A stretch of 63,901 nucleotides of DNA, counting the filler. It is 5 parts of 5 records of this genome, joined end to end, with 100 filler letters (N's around TTAATTAATTAA, not from the genome) between each part and the next. Parts side by side here need not be neighbours in the genome. Positions count along the whole stretch, not along the records: positions 1 to 13,823 come from SRR2962707_1099; 4 more parts are not named here. One strand, given 5' to 3'. Made by a program: the position numbers and the translations under genes. Of the stretch, positions 1-9,266 are shown one piece after another (position 1 is the first letter of the stretch; each line of letters begins with the position of its first letter). The notes beneath the pieces are model-generated. The model did not search any database. It saw only the letters and a program-made list of their open reading frames with translations, and was not told the DNA's origin.

Positions 1-1
1 G

Positions 2-793
2 CCCAAGGAAATGCTGCCGGTCGTCGACAAGCCGCTTATCCAGTATGCGATCGAAGAGGCCGAGGCCGCCGGGATTGAACAGTTCATGCTGATTACCGGG
101 CGCGGCAAGAACCTGATGGAAGATCACTTCGATCACGCTTTTGAGCTGGAACAGATTCTCGAACAGCGCGGCAAGACCAGGGAACTGGACATGGTCCGGC
201 ATTTCCCGGAGCCGAGCAAAATCCGTTATACGCGCCAGCAGAAAGCCCTGGGTCTCGGCCATGCCATCTGGTGTGCGCAGGATTTCGTGCGCGACGAGCC
301 GTTCGCGGTGCTGCTGCCCGATGACATGGTGCTGGCCAAACGGGGCTGTCTGTCACAGATGATGGACGCCTATGCCGAGGTTGGCGGCAACATCGTCGCC
401 GTCACCGAAGTGCCGCGCGAACAGACCAATCGCTACGGGATCCTGGACATCGAAAGCGATGACGGCCGTCTCGCCAAGGCCTGCGGTCTGGTTGAAAAGC
501 CGGATCCGGCGGATGCGCCGTCGACCCTGTCGATCATCGGACGGTATATTCTGCAGCCGCAGATATTTGAACATCTGGACAAGAAAATCGCCGGGGCCGG
601 CGGCGAAATCCAGCTCACCGACGCCATTGCCGCGACACTTGATCAGGTGCCGTTTCATGGTCTTCGCTATGAAGGGCAGCGCTATGACTGCGGCTCGAAA
701 CCCGGCTTCATTGCCGCCAACGTGGCCTACGCGCTGGAACGTGCCGACATGGAAGATGACGTCCGCGCGGCGCTGGCGGAAATTCTGAAGTAG
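2..793 (+). CDS. galU: UTP--glucose-1-phosphate uridylyltransferase (5' partial)
   Basis: Frame open from base 2 ([16 protein letters not shown]); motifs [32 protein letters not shown]. Confidence 0.96.
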   Translation, partial: PKEMLPVVDKPLIQYAIEEAEAAGIEQFMLITGRGKNLMEDHFDHAFELEQILEQRGKTRELDMVRHFPEPSKIRYTRQQKALGLGHAIWCAQDFVRDEPFAVLLPDDMVLAKRGCLSQMMDAYAEVGGNIVAVTEVPREQTNRYGILDIESDDGRLAKACGLVEKPDPADAPSTLSIIGRYILQPQIFEHLDKKIAGAGGEIQLTDAIAATLDQVPFHGLRYEGQRYDCGSKPGFIAANVAYALERADMEDDVRAALAEILK

Positions 794-843
794 CCCCATC
801 GCCCGGTTGCGGTCGGGGCCTGAGATTTTCGGGGGAGATCAGC

Positions 844-2325
844 ATGACGGGATATATTCTCGCGATTGATCAGGGCACGACGTCCTCTCGGGCGATGGTG
901 CTGGACGATGCCTATAACGTGCAGGGTTCGGCACAACAGGAATTCAGGCAGATTTACCCGGCGTCTGGCTGGGTCGAACATGACCCCGAAGACATCTGGC
1001 AATCGGTGATCGGCACCTGCAAGGACGCGATCGCCGCAGCAGGGATTGCGCCTGCTGCCATCGCCGGGATCGGCATCACCAATCAGCGCGAAACCACCAT
1101 CGTCTGGGACCGGAAGTCCGGCAAGCCGCTGCACAACGCCATCGTCTGGCAGGACCGGCGTACCGCCGATGTCACGAACACTCTGCGCACGGACGGCTTC
1201 GAGCCCGCGGTTACTGCCAAGACCGGCTTATTGCTCGACCCATATTTTTCGGCGACCAAGATCGCGTGGATTCTGGACAATGTCGCCGGTGCCCGGAAAA
1301 AAGCGGAAAAGGGCGATCTCGCTTTCGGCACCGTCGACAGCTATCTGATCTGGCGGCTGACGGGAGGCAAACGGCACGTCACCGATGCCACGAATGCCAG
1401 CCGGACACTTATATATGACATCCATGCAGGCGACTGGTCGGATGAACTATTGGCGCTGTTCCGGGTGCCGCGCGCGATGCTCCCGGAGGTTCTCGATTGC
1501 GCCGCTGATTTCGGCGTGACCTCGGCGGACATATTCGGTGCCGGCATCCCGATCACGGGTGTCGCCGGTGATCAGCAGGCGGCGACCATCGGCCAGGCCT
1601 GTTTTCAGCCGGGGATGGTGAAGTCCACTTACGGCACCGGCTGCTTCGCGATGCTGAACACCGGCTCAGAACCGGTGAAATCACAAAATCAGTTGCTGAC
1701 GACGATCGCCTATCGACTGAAGGGGGATGTGACCTATGCGCTCGAAGGATCGATTTTCGTCGCCGGTGCTGCCGTGCAATGGCTCAGGGACGGGCTTGGT
1801 CTGATCGAACGGGCGGATCAGACCGGACCCATGGCGGCAGCGTCAAAGGATGACGGGGTTTATCTGGTCCCGGCGTTCGTCGGTCTGGGCGCACCGCATT
1901 GGGACCCGGATTGCCGGGGCGCGATCTATGGGCTGACGCGCGACACCGGCCCCGCCGAGCTGGCCCGGGCCGCGCTCGAAAGCGTCTGCTTTCAGACCCT
2001 GGACCTGATCGAGGCGATGCACGCCGACTGGACCCCGGATGGCGAGACGGTGCTGCGTGTCGACGGCGGCATGGTGGCGTCGGAATGGATGCTGCAATGC
2101 CTGGCCGACATACTTGCGGCCCCCATCGACCGGCCGGAGATGCTGGAGACGACGGCGCTGGGGGCGGCGTACCTGGCGGGCCTGCAAGCGGGGATTTACG
2201 GCGCGCCGGAAACCTTCGCCACCGAGTGGGCCTGCGCCAAACGCTACGCGGCGCAGATGGACGCCGAAACGCGGGCGCGCAAGATCGAGGGTTGGCGCAC
2301 GGCGGTCCGGCGAACGCTGCTTTGA
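844..2325 (+). CDS. glpK: glycerol kinase
   Basis: FGGY-family motifs [65 protein letters not shown] upstream. Confidence 0.96.
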   Translation: MTGYILAIDQGTTSSRAMVLDDAYNVQGSAQQEFRQIYPASGWVEHDPEDIWQSVIGTCKDAIAAAGIAPAAIAGIGITNQRETTIVWDRKSGKPLHNAIVWQDRRTADVTNTLRTDGFEPAVTAKTGLLLDPYFSATKIAWILDNVAGARKKAEKGDLAFGTVDSYLIWRLTGGKRHVTDATNASRTLIYDIHAGDWSDELLALFRVPRAMLPEVLDCAADFGVTSADIFGAGIPITGVAGDQQAATIGQACFQPGMVKSTYGTGCFAMLNTGSEPVKSQNQLLTTIAYRLKGDVTYALEGSIFVAGAAVQWLRDGLGLIERADQTGPMAAASKDDGVYLVPAFVGLGAPHWDPDCRGAIYGLTRDTGPAELARAALESVCFQTLDLIEAMHADWTPDGETVLRVDGGMVASEWMLQCLADILAAPIDRPEMLETTALGAAYLAGLQAGIYGAPETFATEWACAKRYAAQMDAETRARKIEGWRTAVRRTLL

Positions 2326-2338
2326 TGTTTGTCTTTCG

Positions 2339-3217
2339 TCAGCGCCGCTGACCCAGGGTGACGGCGATCAGTTCTTCATAGAAGCCCTGGGCAATATGCG
2401 CTTGCGGCGATTCCGTCAGTTCCGCGAGACCGATGGTACGGGTCACCGGCGGGTCGCCGAACGGCAGCTGTTTCAACGGCAGCGGGAAGGGCGAGGCGAT
2501 GCAGTGTTTCGGAATGATCGAAACACCAAGACCATTGAAGACCATCGTCGCCACCGCTTCCAGGTTATCAAGCTCCATCGTCATGTTCACCTTGAGGCCG
2601 CGCTTCTTCAGGTTCTCGGCAATGATCTTCCCGGTCCATGCCCGGCTGTTGAAGCGGATGTAGGGATAGTCTTCGAGCACCTGGGTGTCCTGAGTCGCTT
2701 TGGTGTCCGCCGGTGCGATGACGACAAACGGCTCGCGGGCAATCGGCCGCCATTTAATGGAGCGTTCGTTTTCCGGCGGTGCACTGGTGATCGCGGCGCC
2801 GATCTTGCCTTCATGGAGCCGCGCCACCAGCTCGCCGGAATGATTGTCGATGACGTGGATAACCAGATTGGGAAAGCGGCGCTGACAGGCGATCAGCGCT
2901 TTCGGCAGGATGCCGGTGAGTGTCGTCGGCATGGCGCCGATGGCGAATTCACCGGAAATTTCCCGGGATGCCGCCGCGCTGGTGAGCTTGTCGTATTGCA
3001 GCACGACTTCCTGTACCAGTCCCAGAATGGCGCGCCCGCGCTGATTGAGTACAGGTGGGCGTTTTGTCCGATCAAAGAACTCAGCGCCTAAAGCCTGTTC
3101 AATCGTCTTCATCTGCAGACTGACGGCAGACGGCGTACGGTTCAGAATCTCCGCCGTGGTGATGAAGCTGCCGGTTTCCGCAACGGTCAGGAAAGTCTTT
3201 AAGTAGCTGATTCTCAT
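2339..3217 (-). CDS. LysR-family transcriptional regulator
   Basis: Start trimmed to MRISYLKTFLTVAETGSFITTAEILNRTPSAVSLQMKTIEQALG (LysR HTH); 292 aa; C-terminal GLGVSIIP; divergent from the TRAP operon. Confidence 0.93.
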   Translation of the reverse strand: MRISYLKTFLTVAETGSFITTAEILNRTPSAVSLQMKTIEQALGAEFFDRTKRPPVLNQRGRAILGLVQEVVLQYDKLTSAAASREISGEFAIGAMPTTLTGILPKALIACQRRFPNLVIHVIDNHSGELVARLHEGKIGAAITSAPPENERSIKWRPIAREPFVVIAPADTKATQDTQVLEDYPYIRFNSRAWTGKIIAENLKKRGLKVNMTMELDNLEAVATMVFNGLGVSIIPKHCIASPFPLPLKQLPFGDPPVTRTIGLAELTESPQAHIAQGFYEELIAVTLGQRR

Positions 3218-3467
3218 ATGAATTCTCTCCGAGTATCGGGGGTGGCGGTCTTCGCTGGGTGGCTGATGCGCACGTAACGCCCATGATTTGCTCAATATGA
3301 TTATAAAGTAAAAATATTTTAGGATAACCGTAAATATAACTCGTTTGCCTGATTTTGTAGCCTGACATAGCCTTTTTGCTGAAATTCGACACAGCGGCTC
3401 CCATCAGAATGACCGCCGTCGATACCGATTTTTTCTGAATCGGACAAAACAGAGAGGTATAAAAATC

Positions 3468-4682
3468 ATGACAATTGAGAGCGATAAAAGAGAAGCCGAG
3501 CTTCACAGCCGCCGGCAGTTTCTGGAGGTCGGTGCCAAGTACGGCATGACGGCTGCTTTTCTGGCCGCCGCATCAACAGCGGGCGGGGTTTCCATTGCCG
3601 AAGCCGCCGAAGCGATCTCGGCCGTGGAAAAAGCCAAAAAAGACGCGGCGGAACATTCCCTGCTGTTCGGTTGCGGTGGCACCCCGAACCGTTGGCCCGA
3701 AGGACAGATTTTCAAACAGAACTTCGATCTGACGGGGCTGCTGCAGTTGAAGGAAGGCATTGAACGCAACACTGCCGGCAAGGTGCATGTCGACATCAAA
3801 TACGGCGGCGCACTTGGCGGTCAGGTCGCCGTCGGCCGCAAGGTCCAGCAAGGCATCGTTGCCGGTTCACAGTCTTCATCGCAGAACATGGCGGCCCACG
3901 CGCCGGTCTGGAACGTCACCGATTTTCCGTACGTGATCGGCTCGGTCGAGAACTACTGGCGCTGCGTCTTCTCGAAGGAAGTCAATGACACGTTGCGCAA
4001 GACGTCCATGGCGCAGGGGGTTATTCCGCTTTGCATCTTCCCGCAGACCCGTTGGCTCGAGCTGAAAATGGGCCTGCCCGCCGAAGTGCGTCATCCGAAA
4101 CAGCTCGACGGGCTGAAAATGCGCGTCACCGGCTCCAAACTTGAACAGACGGCGTTCAACATCCTGCCCGCCAACCCGACCCCCATCAACTGGGGCGAGG
4201 TCTATTCCGCGGTCAAGGAAGGCGCTGTTGACGGGATCCACGTGGGTACCGGTTCGGTTGCGGACGCGGGCATCTATGAAGTGGTCGGCCAGCTTGTCGA
4301 CACCGAATGGATGTTCAACGCCGACACGCTCTATATGAGCACCAAATGGTTCAACGGTCTGCCGGCCGCAGTGCAGGGCGGCGTCATGGAAGGCGCCTAT
4401 GAAGCGCAGGTCTACAACTATGCGATCTATGAACCGGCGTTCAAGTTCCAGGCCGGTATCCGCAAGGATTCCCCGCCGGATGCGGCATGGAACACCGTCA
4501 AGGCGAAGAAAGTCTACCTGACAGAGTCCGAACGTGCGGAATGGGTCGATGCGCTGTCCTACGAGCGCAACAAGGAAATCTACGACCCGCTGATCGAGCG
4601 TTTCGGCAAGACCGAGTACGAAACGGTCAAACGTGTGGCGAGTTCCGGTGATCCCGTGATCCCGCGCCGCTGGTGGATGTAG
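3468..4682 (+). CDS. TRAP transporter substrate-binding protein (DctP family) with Tat signal
   Basis: SRRQFLEVG twin-arginine motif plus hydrophobic stretch; DctP motifs LDGLKMRV, PTPINWGEVYSAVKEGAVDG, WFNGLPAAVQ; followed by dctQ/dctM; SD GAGAGG. Confidence 0.9.
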   Translation: MTIESDKREAELHSRRQFLEVGAKYGMTAAFLAAASTAGGVSIAEAAEAISAVEKAKKDAAEHSLLFGCGGTPNRWPEGQIFKQNFDLTGLLQLKEGIERNTAGKVHVDIKYGGALGGQVAVGRKVQQGIVAGSQSSSQNMAAHAPVWNVTDFPYVIGSVENYWRCVFSKEVNDTLRKTSMAQGVIPLCIFPQTRWLELKMGLPAEVRHPKQLDGLKMRVTGSKLEQTAFNILPANPTPINWGEVYSAVKEGAVDGIHVGTGSVADAGIYEVVGQLVDTEWMFNADTLYMSTKWFNGLPAAVQGGVMEGAYEAQVYNYAIYEPAFKFQAGIRKDSPPDAAWNTVKAKKVYLTESERAEWVDALSYERNKEIYDPLIERFGKTEYETVKRVASSGDPVIPRRWWM

Positions 4683-4696
4683 TATAGACTGTGACT

Positions 4697-4731
4697 GCGG
4701 CCCCGGGACGGTTCGCCGTTCCCGGGGCTGC
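4697..4731 (+). terminator. GC-rich hairpin after dctP (likely mRNA stabiliser or partial terminator)
   Basis: GCGGCCCCGGGACGG-TTCG-CCGTTCCCGGGGCTGC with no U-tract; typical position after a solute-binding-protein gene. Confidence 0.55.
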
Positions 4732-4776
4732 GCACCGTTCTTTGCCGCACCGGCGCAGTAGGGGAGACCGACTTTC

Positions 4777-5304
4777 TTGTACAATCAATGGAAAGCAGTT
4801 TGGTCGTGGCTTGATCAAAAGATCGAGTACGTCGTGAACTCGATGTTCTACGGCTACCTGGCCAGCATAGTCGTGATCGAGGTGTTCCGCAGATATGTGC
4901 TGAGCGATGCCAGCTCCTGGGGCGAGGAAACCGCGATCTATGCCTTTATTTGGATGACCTATATCGGTGCGGCGCGGGGGGTCCGTCAGCGCAAACATCT
5001 GACGATCGATATTCTCCGACGGCACTTCAACAGGGCCGGGCAGTTCTGTCTGCATATGCTGAGCGATATATGCTTTCTGATCCTGGCAGCCGTGATCGTG
5101 GTGACGTCGATCAAGGCCGTCGACGGTGTCATGCAGTTCGGCCAGACCTTTCAGGGCGCAGATGTGCCGATGTGGCTGGCGATGATCGGCGTGCCGATCG
5201 GCTGGACGCTGATCGGCGTCCGCGTTCTGCAGCGCTCGGTCCACGCCATCAATGTCTTCCGCCGCGGCGAGGTGGAAGAAGAAGCCAGAGCGATCAGCGA
5301 GTAG
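4777..5304 (+). CDS. TRAP transporter small permease (DctQ)
   Basis: Four hydrophobic segments; FRRYVL..SSWGEETAIYAFIWMTYIGA..RKHLTIDIL; TTG start with SD GGGGAG. Confidence 0.9.
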   Translation: MYNQWKAVWSWLDQKIEYVVNSMFYGYLASIVVIEVFRRYVLSDASSWGEETAIYAFIWMTYIGAARGVRQRKHLTIDILRRHFNRAGQFCLHMLSDICFLILAAVIVVTSIKAVDGVMQFGQTFQGADVPMWLAMIGVPIGWTLIGVRVLQRSVHAINVFRRGEVEEEARAISE

Positions 5305-5309
5305 AATTC

Positions 5310-6587
5310 ATGGACACGAGCATCATCATTTCCCTGACAATTCTCGGCGTCCTGTTGATGCTGGGCGTAGAAATTTTCGTCTGTCTCGGCATCGGCGCGA
5401 TTCTGCTGATCGTGCTGACCGGCACCTTCACACTGGACAATGTCGGGATTGCCGCATTTTCGTCGATCGAGATTTTCCCGCTGCTGGCGATGCCGCTGTA
5501 TATTCTGACAGGCGATCTGATTTCGGAATCAGGTATCGCGCGGCAGCTGGTCCGCTTTGCCCGCGCCACGGTCGGCTGGATCAGCGGCGGTCTGGCGCTG
5601 ACGGTTCTGGTCGCTTCCGGGCTGTTTGCCGCGATCAGCGGGTCGAACTCGGCGACGGTCGCGGCGATGGGCAAGATGCTGGTCCCGGAAATGAAAAAGG
5701 ACGGCTATCCGGAAGACTTCGCCGGCGCGGTAACGGCCTGCGGCGGCACCGTCGGCATCATCATCCCGCCCAGTATCGTCTTCGTTCTTTATGGGGTCGC
5801 CGCCGGGGTGCCGGTCGGAGACCTGTTTATCGGCGGCATCATACCCGGCATGCTGATGATCACCGCGATGTCGGTTGTCGGCTGGTATATGGCAAGGCGT
5901 AACGGCTGGGGCACCAAAACAGAGTTCACGTTTCGCAATGTCCTGATCTGCGCCTGGGATGCAAAGCTCGCCTTCGGTGCCAGCTTCATCATTCTTGCGG
6001 GTATTTATGGCGGCGTGTTCACGCCGACGGAAGCCGCTGCTGTCGCCGTTGCCTACTGCGTGATCGGCGGGCTGTTCATCACACGCGAGCTGAAGGCCAG
6101 GGATCTGCCGGATATCATGAACCGCAGCGCCGACATCAACGGTCTGATCGCACCGGTGATCGCCATGGCGCTGATCCTGTCGCAGATCCTGGCCGTGCTC
6201 GGGGTGCCGGAACTCGGGGTCAATGCCCTGCTTGGATTCTCCGACGATCCGGTTGTGCTGACGCTGTGCATTCTCTGCATTCTGCTTGTCGCCGGCGCGA
6301 TCATGGAGGCAACGCCGAACATTCTGCTTCTGGTCCCGTTGCTGGTCCCCGTCGCAACCAAGATCGGCATCGACCCGGTGCATTTCGGCGTCATCATGGT
6401 GGTCGCACTGGCCATCGGCTTCGTGACGCCGCCGGTCGGGCTCAATCTTTTCGTGGCGTCTTCGATCACAGGGGTGCCGTTCACGCAGATCGCCTGGAAG
6501 GCGACGCCGTTTATCCTCGCGTTGCTGATTTCGCTGCTGGTGATCACCTTCGTGCCTGAATTGACGACGATGTTGATCTCGCACTGA
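5310..6587 (+). CDS. TRAP transporter large permease (DctM)
   Basis: Start trimmed to MDTSIII; FPLLAMPLY, FAAISGS..ATVAA, GIIIPPSI, GGVFTPTEAAA, GIDPVHFG, TPPVGLNLFV; 425 aa. Confidence 0.95.
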   Translation: MDTSIIISLTILGVLLMLGVEIFVCLGIGAILLIVLTGTFTLDNVGIAAFSSIEIFPLLAMPLYILTGDLISESGIARQLVRFARATVGWISGGLALTVLVASGLFAAISGSNSATVAAMGKMLVPEMKKDGYPEDFAGAVTACGGTVGIIIPPSIVFVLYGVAAGVPVGDLFIGGIIPGMLMITAMSVVGWYMARRNGWGTKTEFTFRNVLICAWDAKLAFGASFIILAGIYGGVFTPTEAAAVAVAYCVIGGLFITRELKARDLPDIMNRSADINGLIAPVIAMALILSQILAVLGVPELGVNALLGFSDDPVVLTLCILCILLVAGAIMEATPNILLLVPLLVPVATKIGIDPVHFGVIMVVALAIGFVTPPVGLNLFVASSITGVPFTQIAWKATPFILALLISLLVITFVPELTTMLISH

Positions 6588-6699
6588 GCGATGCCGTTTC
6601 TCACGGTCATCAGAAAAGAGAGATAAAATACTGGCCTAATAGGTTGTCGCCCCGGCACAATGCGAAAAACAAAAAGTTAGACTGAGGAAGGAAACAAAT

Positions 6700-9039
6700 A
6701 TGTCCGAACAACCGCTCGGCAGTCCCGATGATGCCGCCGGAGCACCGGCAGGTGGACTTGAAAGCCCCCCGGTGCGCGCCACCATACCGGCCCATGAAAT
6801 CGGCACCGTATCGCTGACTCCTACCGGGAATTTCGAAGCCGGCAGCTATCAGACCTTCACGCTGGTCTACACAGCGGGCAAGTTCGGTATTGATGATTCC
6901 GGATCGATGCGGATCTGTTTCCGGTTTGCCAGCGATCAGACCCGCCCGCAGTTTGAAAATCCCGAGGGACCGAATTTTACCACGATCACCGCCTCGAACG
7001 GGGCTGTGCTGCAATATCATTACGACCCCAAGGGCAACGTCCGGCCCTGGGACCGCACGCTTTATATCAAAGTGGTGAAGGGGTTCCTGACCAAGGGCGA
7101 CACCATTACCGTGGTGTTCGGTGATACCTCGCAGGGCTCGCCGGGAATGCGACTGCAGACGTTCTGTGAAGAAACTTTTGAATTCCACACCCTGATCGAT
7201 CCGATCGCGACGTACTGTTATCAGCCGGTCCCGGAACAGCCGGTGATCCGCATCGTCCCGGGCGTGCCGGAAACCTATGTGATGGTGGCGCCGACCCTGA
7301 TCGCGACGAGCGAGACGTTCGCGCTCAAGATGAAGGGTGAAGACAAGTGGGGCAATCCGTCGGATCAATGCGATGCGACGTTCGCGCTGCGTGTGAAGGG
7401 GGACGCCGTTATAGACGGTCTGCCGGAACAGGCGACCTTCAAGCCCGGCGCCTTCACCAATATCATCGAGGGTCTCTCCATAGCTGAACCCGGACAGGCG
7501 GTGATCGAACTTGTCGATGCGGACGGCACCGTCATGGCGCAAACCAATCCGATCCGCGCCGCCAAGTCCCCCGCGCTCAAGCATTACTGGGGTGATTTGC
7601 ATGGCCAGTCCGAGGAGACCATCGGCACCGGCAGCGCCGATGCCTATTTCAAATACGCCCGCGATCTGGCCTTTGTCGATGCCACCGGCCACCAGGGGAA
7701 TGATTTCCAGATCACCTCGCCGTTCTGGCTGGAGCTTGACGAACTGTGCGAACGCTACGACGACCCCGGCTCGTTCATTGCCATCCCGGGATATGAATGG
7801 TCGGGTAACACCGGGCTCGGCGGTGACCGCAATATCTATTTCCCGGAGCAGGGCCGCACGCTCAGGCGTTCGTCGCATGCGCTGGTGCAGGACCACAGCG
7901 ATATCGGCAACGACGCCAACAGTGCGCAGGAACTTTTCGATGCGCTGGCCGCCAACAAGGAATGGGACGTGGTCGGCTATGCGCACTGCGGTGGCCGTTA
8001 TGCGGACGTGAAGCTGGCGCACGACGGTCGCTTCGAGAAATCCATGGAGATACACAGTTCATGGGGCACGTTCGAGTGGCTGGTGAAGGATGCCTTCGAA
8101 ATGGGCTACCGGGTCGGCATCGTCGCCAATTCCGACGGCCACAAAGGGCGGCCGGGCGCGAGCTATCCCGGCGCATCGCTGTTCGGCGCCGTCGGCGGGC
8201 TGACGTGTTTTCTGGCACCGGACCTGAGCCGGGACTCCATTCTCGATGCCATGCGCAAGCGCCGTCACTATGGGACCACCGGCGGGCACGGCGGGCGCAT
8301 GTACATCGATGTCAAAGCCGGCTTTGACGGTCCGGCAACGCTGTATCACGACGACCCGCGTCTGGGGCCGAGTGAAGGTCATACGACAAGCACGGCCCTG
8401 ATGGGCGATATCGTGCATCTGCCGTCGGGCAGTGCCACGCTCGATGTGGAAATAACCGGCGCGGCCCCGATCGAACGGGTCGATATCTATAACGGGCTGG
8501 ACCATATCGAGACCATCCGCCCCTATACGACGGAAGACCTCGGCAACCGTATCCGGGTGCTCTGGGAAGGCGCGGAATATCGTGGCCGCTTCCGCCAGGT
8601 AATCTGGGACGGCGAAGCGCATCTGTCAGATAACAAGATCATCGATGCGAAGCCGATCAACTTCTTCAACCGTGACAAGACCCTGGACCGGACGTCGGAT
8701 ACCTCGCTCAAGTGGCGCGCACTGACCACCGGCAATATCGGCGGGTTCGATGTCTGGGTCGAGGATGCCTATGGCGGGACGCTGAAGATCGAAACCCCGT
8801 TGGTCAAATGCGGCGTGCCGCTGGAAGAAATCGACATCAATGACGAGGTCTTCGACAAAAGCGACATTCTGCCCCGGTATCTGAAGATTTTCCGGCTGCC
8901 GGCGGAGAACCCGCATCGGCATGTGTCGTTCACACGCACGCTCGATCTCAAGGACCACGGCGACAACCCGATCTTCATCCGCGTCACGCAGGAAGACGGC
9001 ACCCTGGCCTGGACCAGCCCGATCTATATCTATCGATAG
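6700..9039 (+). CDS. DUF3604-like / PHP-fold putative metal-dependent hydrolase
   Basis: 779 aa; YWGDLHGQSEE, GYEWS..GGDRNIYF, AHCGG, MEIHSSWG, GIVANSDGHKGRPG, RRHYGTTG and terminal IRVTQEDGTLAWTSPIYI match the DUF3604/PHP pattern; SD GGAAGG; no signal peptide. Confidence 0.75.
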   Translation: MSEQPLGSPDDAAGAPAGGLESPPVRATIPAHEIGTVSLTPTGNFEAGSYQTFTLVYTAGKFGIDDSGSMRICFRFASDQTRPQFENPEGPNFTTITASNGAVLQYHYDPKGNVRPWDRTLYIKVVKGFLTKGDTITVVFGDTSQGSPGMRLQTFCEETFEFHTLIDPIATYCYQPVPEQPVIRIVPGVPETYVMVAPTLIATSETFALKMKGEDKWGNPSDQCDATFALRVKGDAVIDGLPEQATFKPGAFTNIIEGLSIAEPGQAVIELVDADGTVMAQTNPIRAAKSPALKHYWGDLHGQSEETIGTGSADAYFKYARDLAFVDATGHQGNDFQITSPFWLELDELCERYDDPGSFIAIPGYEWSGNTGLGGDRNIYFPEQGRTLRRSSHALVQDHSDIGNDANSAQELFDALAANKEWDVVGYAHCGGRYADVKLAHDGRFEKSMEIHSSWGTFEWLVKDAFEMGYRVGIVANSDGHKGRPGASYPGASLFGAVGGLTCFLAPDLSRDSILDAMRKRRHYGTTGGHGGRMYIDVKAGFDGPATLYHDDPRLGPSEGHTTSTALMGDIVHLPSGSATLDVEITGAAPIERVDIYNGLDHIETIRPYTTEDLGNRIRVLWEGAEYRGRFRQVIWDGEAHLSDNKIIDAKPINFFNRDKTLDRTSDTSLKWRALTTGNIGGFDVWVEDAYGGTLKIETPLVKCGVPLEEIDINDEVFDKSDILPRYLKIFRLPAENPHRHVSFTRTLDLKDHGDNPIFIRVTQEDGTLAWTSPIYIYR

Positions 9040-9070
9040 GTCCGATCGGTCATGGCCTACAATCTCGAAC

Positions 9071-9158
9071 CGTCACCCTGAACTCGATTCAGGGTCCATA
9101 ATTTCCCGTCGCGCAAACGATGTGAATGATTCTGGACCCCGGCTTTCGCCGGGGTGAC
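9071..9158. repeat. REP-type palindrome doublet (alphaproteobacterial GTCA...TGAC family)
   Basis: GTCACCCTGAACTCGATTCAGGGTCCA ... CTGGACCCCGGCTTTCGCCGGGGTGAC: two self-complementary units in inverted arrangement. Confidence 0.8.
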
Positions 9159-9266
9159 AGGTTAAGGTCTGTCCGCCATCTTGCCGAAGGCCCCTCGGCG
9201 GAGTAGGTTCGCGCAAAACCGGCGTGGGCCGGGTCCGCATTCGTTTAAAAGGGTACGTTCGCCGCT

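Noticed and set aside
844-9039. glpK as part of the TRAP/DUF3604 pathway (glycerophosphodiester use)
   Set aside because: glpK follows galU and converges on the LysR gene; only proximity supports the link.
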